Positions 1 through 7,706 of a stretch of DNA of 22,597 nt are shown piece by piece. The notes under the pieces are model-generated. The model searched no databases, was not told the origin of the DNA, and saw only the letters and a list, made by a program, of their open reading frames with translations. Both the position numbers and the translations under genes were made by a program. The stretch's first letter is position 1, and every line of letters begins with the position of its first letter. Source of the DNA: a bacterium (GTDB lineage: Bacteria; Sysuimicrobiota; Sysuimicrobiia; Sysuimicrobiales; Humicultoraceae); NCBI GenBank assembly GCA_041497675.1, contig JBGQGY010000055.1:1-22597 (forward strand), given 5' to 3'.

Positions 1-817
1 CGACGTGACCGACCCCATCCACGGCCAGGTCGTGACGGGGTTCCAGCAGGAGGCGGCCGCACACGGCTACACCGTCATGATGGCGAACGGGTTTGCGGAT
101 GCCGCCGCCGAGCGCCGCGGGCTGCGGGTGTTCCTGGCGCAACGCGCCGACGGGGTCGCTCTGATGGGCAGCGTGTTGCGTCAGCCGCGGGTGCGCGCGC
201 TCCTCAAACCCGCGCCCGTGGTCTTCATCAACGGCGAGCATCCCACGCTGGCCGGATACCACGGAGACCTCGCCGCGGGATGCATCCGGGCCAACGACGT
301 CGACGGCATGAAGGACGTGGTCCGCCACCTCCTCGAGGCTGGGTACCGGCGCCTCGGCTATCTGAACGGCCCGGCGCAGGCGTCGAACGCGACACGCCGC
401 GACGCGGTGGTGCGGGCCCTGAAGACCGCCGGTGCCAAACCGCCTATCGAATTCGCATCGGCGGGGCCGGCGCGATCGCCCGACGGCGCCATCGCGGCAG
501 CGGCCGTGCGCATTGCGCGCGAACGCCCCGATGCGCTGATCTGCTACGACGACAAGCTGGCGCTGAACACCATCGACGCCCTACGCGCGGTCGGCGTGCG
601 CGTCCCGGCAGACATGGCCGTCGTCGGCTTCGACGACATCCCCTTTGCTGCGATCGCGAATCCCCGTCTCACCACGGTGGCCCAGCGGTCCGTCGAAATG
701 GGCCGCGCGGCCGCGACCATGCTGTGCCGCTCTCTCGACACCGGTGTTTTGCCTCCTTCTGTGACGCTCCCCGTCCGGCTGGTTGTGAGAGAGAGCACCG
801 CCGGCCGCCGGCGATAG
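1..817 (+). CDS. LacI/GalR-family transcriptional regulator, 5'-truncated (HTH lies upstream of the window)
   Basis: The frame is open from the window start (DVTDPIHGQVVTG...). It has the LacI sugar-binding domain motifs 'DALICYDDKLA', 'VPADMAVVGFDDIPFA', 'PRLTTVAQ' and C-terminal 'LVVREST'. Stop TAG at 815-817. Confidence 0.93.
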   Translation, partial: DVTDPIHGQVVTGFQQEAAAHGYTVMMANGFADAAAERRGLRVFLAQRADGVALMGSVLRQPRVRALLKPAPVVFINGEHPTLAGYHGDLAAGCIRANDVDGMKDVVRHLLEAGYRRLGYLNGPAQASNATRRDAVVRALKTAGAKPPIEFASAGPARSPDGAIAAAAVRIARERPDALICYDDKLALNTIDALRAVGVRVPADMAVVGFDDIPFAAIANPRLTTVAQRSVEMGRAAATMLCRSLDTGVLPPSVTLPVRLVVRESTAGRRR

Positions 818-858
818 GAGGGACCACCCAGTGCGCGACGTATTCACCGTAGCGTCCA

Positions 859-872
859 TGCAATCGATTGCA
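859..872. promoter_or_regulatory. LacI-type operator, perfect palindrome TGCAATCGATTGCA
   Basis: Perfect 14-bp inverted repeat with a central CG, matching the TGnAAnCGnTTnCA form of LacI-family sites. It lies between the lacI gene and the first enzyme gene. Confidence 0.75.
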
Positions 873-898
873 CGCTCACGACGCGGCGGTACCGCGCG

Positions 899-1801
899 AT
901 GAAGCCCCGAATCGGCAACGCGCCGATCAGTTGGGGTGTCTGCGAGATTCCCGGGTGGGGATCGCAGTTGCCCTACGAGCGCGTCCTCGACGAGATGAAG
1001 GCTGCCGGGTATGAGGGGACCGAGTTGGGCCCCTGGGGATTCCTCCCCACCGATCCCGGTGTCCTCGGACAGGCTTTGCAGAGCCGGGGGCTCGCGATGG
1101 CGGCCGCCTTTGTGCCACTCACCCTCAAGGATCCGACCGCCTACCGTGAGTGCGAGACCCGTGTCAGGGAGACCTCGGCGCTCCTCAAGACCCTTGGTGC
1201 GCGCGACATCCTGCTGGCCGATGCCGGCGACGAGACTCGCTATCGCGTGGCGGGCCGCCCTGACGAGACCCGCGTCCACGGTCTCTCGGCGGGCGAGTGG
1301 GCGGGGTACGCCGGCCGGCTCGAACGCCTGGCGCAGCTGTGCCGCTTCGACTATGGGCTGACCCCGTCGTTTCACTCACACGGCGGTACGTACATCGAAC
1401 ATCCGGACGAAATCCGTACACTGCTCGAGCGCACCGATCCGCACCTGCTGAAGTTCTGTCTGGACACCGGCCACGTCGCGTTTGGTGGCGGCGATCCGAT
1501 CGAGGTGGCCCGCGCCTACGCGGCGCGCCTTGGGTACATTCACCTGAAGGATATCGACCTGCCGCGCCTGCGCAGTCTGTTGAGCGAAGGGAAGACCTAC
1601 GTGGCCGCAGCGCAGCGAGACGTCTTCGTCGAACTGGGCCGGGGATCACTCGATCTGCGCGCGCTGTTCGACGTGCTCGAGGCGGCGCGCTACGAGGGGT
1701 GGATCATCGTCGAACAAGATCGCGTCGTCCAGGCGGACGCCGACACTCTCGGCAGCGCCAGACGCAGCCGCGACCATCTGCGGGCGCTGGTGGGCGCCTA
1801 G
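899..1801 (+). CDS. Sugar phosphate isomerase/epimerase TIM barrel, IolE/MocC (inosose dehydratase)-like
   Basis: N-terminal 'IGNAPISWGVCE', 'GYEGTELGPWGFLP', and metal-ligand motifs 'FHSHGGTYIE', 'CLDTGH', 'IHLKD', 'WIIVEQD'. Confidence 0.85.
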   Translation: MKPRIGNAPISWGVCEIPGWGSQLPYERVLDEMKAAGYEGTELGPWGFLPTDPGVLGQALQSRGLAMAAAFVPLTLKDPTAYRECETRVRETSALLKTLGARDILLADAGDETRYRVAGRPDETRVHGLSAGEWAGYAGRLERLAQLCRFDYGLTPSFHSHGGTYIEHPDEIRTLLERTDPHLLKFCLDTGHVAFGGGDPIEVARAYAARLGYIHLKDIDLPRLRSLLSEGKTYVAAAQRDVFVELGRGSLDLRALFDVLEAARYEGWIIVEQDRVVQADADTLGSARRSRDHLRALVGA

Positions 1802-1815
1802 CGACGCCCGCCGCC

Positions 1816-2958
1816 ATGAACTTCGCGATGATCGGCTACCAGTTCATGGGCAAGGCGCACAGCCACGCGCTCCACGACGTCGCCGCGTTCTTCCCCGATC
1901 TGCCGGTGAGACCGGTCATGAGCGTGCTCTGCGGCCGCGATGCGGCGCAGGTGGCCCGCGTGGCCGAGCAGTGGGGCTGGGAAACCTGGGCCACCGACTG
2001 GCGCGAGGTCGTCCGGCGGCCGGGGGTCGACGCCGTGATTGTCGGCACGCCGAACCACCTTCATGCCGAAATGTGTCTGGAGGCGTGTGCGGCCGGCAAA
2101 CATGTTCTCTGCGAGAAGCCCCTCGCCCTGAACGCCGGGGAGGCAGAGCACATGGCCGAGGCCGCACGGCGGTCAGGCGTGTGTCACGGCGTCGCGTTCA
2201 ACTACCGCCGGGTGCCCGCCGTCACGTTCGCGCGCCAGATGATCGACGCCGGGCGGCTCGGCCGCATCAACCAGTACCGGGCCACGTATCTGCAGGACTG
2301 GCTGCTGGATCCCAACCGGCCGCTGACCTGGCGACTCCAGCGCGAGACGGCGGGGTCCGGCGTGCTGGGTGATCTGTTGTCTCACGTCACCGACCTGGCC
2401 AGATATCTGGTCGATGAGATCAGCGATGTCGTCGCCGACCTGACGACCTTCGTGCACGAACGCCCGATTGCCGGGCTGCCCGGCGCGCGGGGTCAGGTCA
2501 CCGTCGACGATCGTGCCGCGATGCTGACGCGCTTCGCCGGTGGCGCCGTCGGAAACCTCGAGGCGACGCGGTTTGCGACCGGCCGGAAGTGCGGGAACGC
2601 CTTCGAGGTGTACGGCGACGCGGGCAGCCTGCGCTTCGATCTCGAGCGCATGAACGAACTCGAATTTTACTCCGCCGCGGACGAACCCGAAAGCCGTGGA
2701 TTCCGCCGCATCCTCGTCACCGAACCGGCGCACCCGTACCTGTCGGCGTGGTGGCCGCCGGGACACACGATCGGCTGGGAGCACACCTTCGTGCATCAGA
2801 TTCGCGACTTCATCGTGGCCGCGGCGGAGCGCCGGCCGTTCGCGCCGGACTTCGAGGATGGCGCCGCATGCCAGCGCGTGCTCGATGCGGCGGAGCGCTC
2901 CGTGGCCGCGCGCGGCTGGGTGTCTGTCACCGGACCTGACGGGAGCGGGCGCGCATGA
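1816..2958 (+). CDS. Gfo/Idh/MocA-family NAD(P)-dependent oxidoreductase
   Basis: Starts MNFAMIGYQFMGKAHS (Rossmann fold) and has 'GKHVLCEKPLA', 'GSGVLGDLLSHVTD', 'WWPPGHTIGWEHTF'. The start is placed at ATG 1816 because the longer ORF-track call overlaps the upstream gene. Confidence 0.9.
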   Translation: MNFAMIGYQFMGKAHSHALHDVAAFFPDLPVRPVMSVLCGRDAAQVARVAEQWGWETWATDWREVVRRPGVDAVIVGTPNHLHAEMCLEACAAGKHVLCEKPLALNAGEAEHMAEAARRSGVCHGVAFNYRRVPAVTFARQMIDAGRLGRINQYRATYLQDWLLDPNRPLTWRLQRETAGSGVLGDLLSHVTDLARYLVDEISDVVADLTTFVHERPIAGLPGARGQVTVDDRAAMLTRFAGGAVGNLEATRFATGRKCGNAFEVYGDAGSLRFDLERMNELEFYSAADEPESRGFRRILVTEPAHPYLSAWWPPGHTIGWEHTFVHQIRDFIVAAAERRPFAPDFEDGAACQRVLDAAERSVAARGWVSVTGPDGSGRA

Positions 2959-4076
2959 CGCCGGTATTGCGTCTCGGTCTCATCGGTTGCGGTCGTGTCG
3001 TGGAATTGCAACATCTTCCCGTGCTGCGCGCGATGCCCGAGATCCGCGTCGTGTCCGTTACGGACACCGATGCCACGCGGGTGCAGGCGGTTGGGGATCT
3101 GTTCGACATCCCTTCCTCGCGGCGCCACGGTGACTACCGGCGGCTGCTCGACGATCCCGGGGTCGACGCCGTCAGCATCTCTACCCCGCCGGGATCGCAC
3201 GCCGAGATCGCCGTCGCCGCCGCCGAGACCGGGAAGCACGTCGTGTGCGAGAAACCGATGGCTACCACCGTCGCCGGTGCCGACGCGATGATTGCCGCTG
3301 CACGCCAGCACGGCGTGCGGCTCTCACTGCACCACAATTACCTCTGGTTTCCGGAGAATCAAGCGGCGGTGCGACTGCTGCGCGAAGGGCAACTGGGCCG
3401 CCTCGTCTTTACCGTCATCAACTGCCTGGGTCTGCCGTACTACGGCGGCACGTGGCGGCTGCACGACCTCGAGGCGAGCGGCGGCGGCATCTTGCTGGAC
3501 ATGCTCCACTTGATCTATCTGACGAACGCCTTTTTTGCCGGGATCCCGCGCCGCGTCGATGCGCGCGTGCGCCGGATTCGCGACGAGGCGATTCGCGTTG
3601 AAGATTTCGCCACCGCCCGTCTGGAGTACGAGGGCGGCGCCGGCGAGATCAACGTCTCGTGGGGCCAAGGATGGGGGGGCACCCAGCTGATGGGCACCCG
3701 GGGCAGGCTGATCTACTCCTACAAGCACCTGACGACGGTGAACTACGAACGCCCCGATCGGTTGGTGCTCGTGATCGATGGCCGGGAGACCGGCGTCGAC
3801 TTTCCGCCGCCGCCGCCGTTTTCCGAGGGCCCGTTCCGGCAGTTCTCGGCGGCGGTGCTCCGCGGGGAGCCGCTGGCCGTGACCGGTGAGGACGGCCGCG
3901 TCGCGGTCGAAATCGCCCTTGCCGCATACGAGTCTGCAGCGCTGAACCGGCCCGTGGACCTCCCGCTGCCGTCGTCGGATCCCGTCTACCAGCATGGGAT
4001 CGGCGGGCTCGGGCGGCTCGTGGGTGCCGTTCCGGAGGTCCTGGCTCTGTACGGCATCCCCGCCCAGACGCGCTGA
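2955..4076 (+). CDS. Gfo/Idh/MocA-family oxidoreductase (second paralog)
   Basis: 'LRLGLIGCGRVV', 'GKHVVCEKPMA', 'SGGGILLDMLH'. ATGA overlap with the upstream gene. Confidence 0.9.
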   Translation: MTPVLRLGLIGCGRVVELQHLPVLRAMPEIRVVSVTDTDATRVQAVGDLFDIPSSRRHGDYRRLLDDPGVDAVSISTPPGSHAEIAVAAAETGKHVVCEKPMATTVAGADAMIAAARQHGVRLSLHHNYLWFPENQAAVRLLREGQLGRLVFTVINCLGLPYYGGTWRLHDLEASGGGILLDMLHLIYLTNAFFAGIPRRVDARVRRIRDEAIRVEDFATARLEYEGGAGEINVSWGQGWGGTQLMGTRGRLIYSYKHLTTVNYERPDRLVLVIDGRETGVDFPPPPPFSEGPFRQFSAAVLRGEPLAVTGEDGRVAVEIALAAYESAALNRPVDLPLPSSDPVYQHGIGGLGRLVGAVPEVLALYGIPAQTR

Positions 4077-4128
4077 GCGGGCACCCGGGAGGGACGGCAT
4101 GCATCCCGCCGAATACCCTCCCAGGTCA

Positions 4129-4142
4129 TGCAAACGTTCGCA
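4129..4142. promoter_or_regulatory. Second LacI-type operator TGCAAACGTTCGCA
   Basis: Near-palindrome, extended by TCATGC...GCATGA (4126-4145). It is 11/14 identical to the operator at 859-872 and lies upstream of the aminotransferase. Confidence 0.65.
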
Positions 4143-4186
4143 TGATTTGGCACGAGGTCCGGATGACGGCGAGAGGCAGGCGAGCC

Positions 4187-5428
4187 ATGGCTGGTCCCGG
4201 TGTTGACCTGATCGGACAGGAAGAGATCGCCGAAGTGTTGGAAGTGTTGCAGAGCCGGCACCTCGCGCGATACGGGCCCGACGACGATCCGACATTTGGC
4301 GCCAAGGTGCGCCGTCTCGAGGAAGACGTCGCCAGTCGGAGCGGTGTGGCGTACGCGGTGGCGACCAACTCGGGCACGAGCGCGCTGTTTGTCGTGCTCG
4401 CGGGGCTGGGGATCGGGGCCGGCGATGAGGTCATCGTTCCCGGCTTCACCTATGTCGCGAGTATCTCGGCCGTCGTGTATAGCGGCGCGCTCCCCATCCT
4501 GGCCGAAATTGACGAGACGTTCAACCTGGATCCCCGCGACGTCGAGGCCAAGATCACGCCGGCCACCAAAGCCATTATCGTGGTCCACATGCTGGGCAAC
4601 CCGGCGCGGCTTGCGGAGCTCAAAGCGGTAGCCGATCGACACGGTATCGCCCTGGTCGAAGACTGCGCGCAGGCGTTTGGCGCATCGTATTTCGGCCGCC
4701 CGGTCGGAGCCATCGGCGTGGCCGGCGCGCTGTCGTTCAATATCTTCAAGACCATCACGTGCGGTGACGGGGGCATGCTGGTCACCGGCGACCGCGACCT
4801 CTACTATCGCTGCTTTGCCATGCACGACCAGGGGCACTCGCCGCTGCGGATGGGGATCGAGATCGGTAGCCGGCCCTTCTTAGGCCTAAACTTCCGGATG
4901 ACCGAACTGAACGCCGCCGTGCTGCTCGCCCAACTACGCCGGCTCGATCATATTCGGACGCACCTGCGAACGAACAAGCGCCTCTTTGAATCGCTGATCG
5001 TCGATCTGCCGGGTCTGCGCACGCGGACGCTGCCCGATCCCGACGGCGATCTGGCCACGCACCTGGTCGTCATCTTCCCGACCGCCGAGGTCGCGCGGCG
5101 CGTGGCGACCGATTTGAACAGCCGTGTGCTGGCCGACTCTGGTTGGCACATCTATTCGAAGATGGAGCACCTACTCAACAAGCGCACGGCGTCGATGAAG
5201 GGGTGTCCCTTCCACTGCGACTGTCACCGCGGGCGCACGGTCGAGTACCGGGAGGGCATGCTGCCGCGCACAGACGATCTGGTGTCACGGGCGATGACCA
5301 TTGGTATCGGCGTTGCCGACCCGAACCTGGGGTCCACGTCGGGTGTGACGATTCGGGACGGTAGTGAGGCGGTGCGGGCGCGCGCGGCGCGCTTTCGTGC
5401 CGCGGCACGCCGCCATCTGTCAGCGTAA
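4187..5428 (+). CDS. DegT/DnrJ/EryC1/StrS-family PLP-dependent aminotransferase
   Basis: 'NSGTSAL', 'GIGAGDEVIVPGFTYVAS', 'EDCAQA', PLP-lysine motif 'SFNIFKTITCGDGG', 'GLNFRMTELNAA'. The start is placed at ATG 4187 (MAGPG), downstream of GAGAGG. Confidence 0.92.
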   Translation: MAGPGVDLIGQEEIAEVLEVLQSRHLARYGPDDDPTFGAKVRRLEEDVASRSGVAYAVATNSGTSALFVVLAGLGIGAGDEVIVPGFTYVASISAVVYSGALPILAEIDETFNLDPRDVEAKITPATKAIIVVHMLGNPARLAELKAVADRHGIALVEDCAQAFGASYFGRPVGAIGVAGALSFNIFKTITCGDGGMLVTGDRDLYYRCFAMHDQGHSPLRMGIEIGSRPFLGLNFRMTELNAAVLLAQLRRLDHIRTHLRTNKRLFESLIVDLPGLRTRTLPDPDGDLATHLVVIFPTAEVARRVATDLNSRVLADSGWHIYSKMEHLLNKRTASMKGCPFHCDCHRGRTVEYREGMLPRTDDLVSRAMTIGIGVADPNLGSTSGVTIRDGSEAVRARAARFRAAARRHLSA

Positions 5429-5445
5429 ACAGAGGGGGTGTGGGG

Positions 5446-7038
5446 ATGAACCCGGTACGCGTGGTCGTGTCCATTGCGCTGGTGCTCTGCACCGCAGCGG
5501 CGGCAGCTGTGATCGGGTTCGGGGCGGCGCCTGCCATGGCGCAGCAACCCGCGGCCCGGCGGGGCGGCGAAATGGTCGTTTCGATGTTCGAGGACGCGGA
5601 CCGTCTGGACCCCACGTTTGGCGGCACGGCGGGTGGTCGTGAGATCTTCTTCAACATGTGCGAACCGCTCTACGATCTCGCGGCCGATGGGGCGATTGCG
5701 CCCCGGCTCGCCGCGGCTCTCCCGCGCGTCTCGAGTGATGGTCTCAGCGTCATCATCAAACTCCGGCGCGGCGTCATGTTCAACGACGGGACGCGGTTCG
5801 ACGCCCAGGCCGTCAAGACCACCCTCGAGCGCCACCGGACGGCCCAGGGCTCCCGCCGCGCCGGTGAGATCAACGCCATCGCCGACATCGAGGTGATCGA
5901 CGCGCTGACGGTTCGTCTCGTCCTGGCGCGCCCCTTTGCCCCGTTGCTCGCCACGCTGAGTGATCGCGCGGGGATGATCATGTCGCCCGCGCAGTTGCAG
6001 AAACTGGGCGAGAACTTCGGTTCCAACCCGGTGTGTGTGGGGCCCTTCAACTTCGTCGAGCGCGTCATTGGCGACCGGATCGTGCTGGAACGATCGAAGT
6101 ACTATTACGACGCCGACAAAGTGCTGCTCGACCGGGTCATCTTCAAGCCAATCCCCGATGAGAACGTCCGCACGCTGAACCTCCGATCCGGCGATATCCA
6201 CGTCGCGGACCGGTTGGCCACGTCGGACATCGTCGCCGTGCAGCGTGATCCCAAACTGCGGGTGATGGCCGTGACGTCCAACGGCTACGTGCCGCTCTCA
6301 GTCAACATCGGCAACACCACGGGTATCGGGCGGGCGCCCGGCCGCGTCGACAGCCCGATGGTCAACCCGTTCGTGCGGGAGGCCTTCGAGGTGTCCATCG
6401 ACCGCGACCGGCTCAATCGGTTTGTCTTTGCCGGCAAACAGTTACCCGGCTGCAACCCGATCGCGCCGGTCAACGCGTTCTATCCCAAAGACCTCCGGTG
6501 CCCGGCGCGCGACATCGGTCGCGCCAAGGAACTGCTTCAGCGCGCCGGCGCATCCTCGCCGCTGATGGTGGAGCTGACCCTGCCGGCGTCGCCGGCCATG
6601 ATCCGCATGGGCGAGCTGATCCAATCGATGGTCAAACCCGCGGGCTTTGAGGTGGCGGTGCGGCCGATCGAAGCGGCGACCGGTCTCGCCGCCAACACCG
6701 CCGGGCGGTTTCAGATGTCCGTGACGCCCTGGTCCGGCCGGGTGGATCCCGACGGCAACCTGTACGCGTTCCATCATTCGCGGGGTGCTGACAACTACGG
6801 CAACGCGCAGGACGCGGAGATCGACGCGCTGCTGGACCGCCAGCGCACCGAGCCCGGTCTCGACGCACGGAAAAAGCTCGTCGCCGAACTCGTCGACAAG
6901 ATCCGCGCCCGGCGGAACGTGATCTACCTGTACCATCAGAACCTGTTCGTCGCACACGGCGCGCGCGTGGTGGGGTTCCAGATGTTCGCCGACGGGATGC
7001 CACGGTTGAAGACGGCCGGGTTCGCCGCTCAGCCCTAA
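5446..7038 (+). CDS. ABC transporter substrate-binding protein, family 5 (DppA/OppA-like)
   Basis: SD GAGGGGG at 5432-5438. Signal peptide ends AMA|Q. Motifs 'LDP', 'LRRGVMFNDGTRFDAQAVK', 'PVCVGPF', 'WSGRVDPDGN'. Confidence 0.92.
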   Translation: MNPVRVVVSIALVLCTAAAAAVIGFGAAPAMAQQPAARRGGEMVVSMFEDADRLDPTFGGTAGGREIFFNMCEPLYDLAADGAIAPRLAAALPRVSSDGLSVIIKLRRGVMFNDGTRFDAQAVKTTLERHRTAQGSRRAGEINAIADIEVIDALTVRLVLARPFAPLLATLSDRAGMIMSPAQLQKLGENFGSNPVCVGPFNFVERVIGDRIVLERSKYYYDADKVLLDRVIFKPIPDENVRTLNLRSGDIHVADRLATSDIVAVQRDPKLRVMAVTSNGYVPLSVNIGNTTGIGRAPGRVDSPMVNPFVREAFEVSIDRDRLNRFVFAGKQLPGCNPIAPVNAFYPKDLRCPARDIGRAKELLQRAGASSPLMVELTLPASPAMIRMGELIQSMVKPAGFEVAVRPIEAATGLAANTAGRFQMSVTPWSGRVDPDGNLYAFHHSRGADNYGNAQDAEIDALLDRQRTEPGLDARKKLVAELVDKIRARRNVIYLYHQNLFVAHGARVVGFQMFADGMPRLKTAGFAAQP

Positions 7039-7073
7039 CGAAAGCCACCGATCGGGTCGAGTCCGGCCGGGCG

Positions 7074-7103
7074 TTGCAGAGTTTCCGCTGGACTCCCTAT
7101 AAT
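7074..7103 (+). promoter_or_regulatory. Sigma70-type promoter for tRNA-Trp
   Basis: TTGCAG (7074-7079), 18-bp spacer, TATAAT (7098-7103), ending 12 nt before the tRNA. Confidence 0.75.
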
Positions 7104-7115
7104 AACGGTGGATGT

Positions 7116-7192
7116 AGGGGCGTAGCTCGAATTGGTAGAGCGCCGGTCTCCAAAACCGGATGTTGGGGGTTCGAATCCCTCCGCCCCTGCCA
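7116..7192 (+). tRNA. tRNA-Trp (anticodon CCA)
   Basis: Acceptor stem AGGGGCG/CGCCCCT, D-stem GCTC/GAGC, anticodon arm CCGGT-CT-CCA-AA-ACCGG, T-loop TTCGAAT, discriminator G, encoded 3' CCA. Confidence 0.97.
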
Positions 7193-7225
7193 CCCTCCTC
7201 TCAACCACAAGCACCCCTAGGGCGT

Positions 7226-7234
7226 TGCTATAAT
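7226..7234 (+). promoter_or_regulatory. Extended -10 promoter (TG-C-TATAAT) for the two-gene unit after the tRNA
   Basis: TGCTATAAT 16 nt upstream of ATG 7251. SD-like AGGGTGA at 7240-7246. No clear -35. Confidence 0.7.
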
Positions 7235-7250
7235 GGTGCAGGGTGATCCC

Positions 7251-7706
7251 ATGCGAGCACTCTTGTTGTATGTACATTTGCTGGGCGTCGTGGTGTGGAT
7301 CGGGGGCGGGGCGCTGTTCGCCGTCTGGGGAGGCCGAGCCCGGCGCAGCGGCCAGCCGACTCTGGTGATTTTCGTCGCCGAGACGGTCGCCTGGCTGGTG
7401 GACTGGGTCGTCGTGCCCGCGGCGCTCGTGACCCTGGTGTCCGGCGTGCTGCTGGCCGTCGCCGCCGACCTGGCGAAGAAACCTCCGCCCTGGTTGGTCG
7501 TGAAAGTGGGGGTGGTGGCGGTCGGCGTGGTGCTGGTGTTCGCCGTCCAGCGGCCCACGGCCAGGGCGCTGGTTCACGCGCTGCACGCGACCGGTAAGAA
7601 GGCAGGGGCCCAGGTCCCCGGTCTGGCCCGCCGGCAGGCTCGAATGGGAATGATCGGCGGCGTGCTGGCATTGATCATTATCGGGTTGGCCGTGTTCAAG
7701 CCGTGA
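7251..7706 (+). CDS. Four-TM membrane protein, DUF2269/HemJ/CopD-like
   Basis: N-terminal 'LYVHLLGVVVWIGG', 'LVTLVSGVLL', 'WLVVK', C-terminal 'LAVFKP', and four hydrophobic segments. The ORF-track ATG at 7233 lies inside the -10 box, so 7251 is preferred. Confidence 0.7.
   Translation: MRALLLYVHLLGVVVWIGGGALFAVWGGRARRSGQPTLVIFVAETVAWLVDWVVVPAALVTLVSGVLLAVAADLAKKPPPWLVVKVGVVAVGVVLVFAVQRPTARALVHALHATGKKAGAQVPGLARRQARMGMIGGVLALIIIGLAVFKP

Noticed and set aside
1297..1815. 173-aa N-terminal extension of the first oxidoreductase in the ORF track
   Set aside because: It overlaps the iolE-like gene in another frame and is low-complexity and Arg-rich. The Rossmann fold starts at ATG 1816.
7039..7073. 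Terminator after the binding-protein gene
   Set aside because: Only a weak imperfect GC stem with no T tract.
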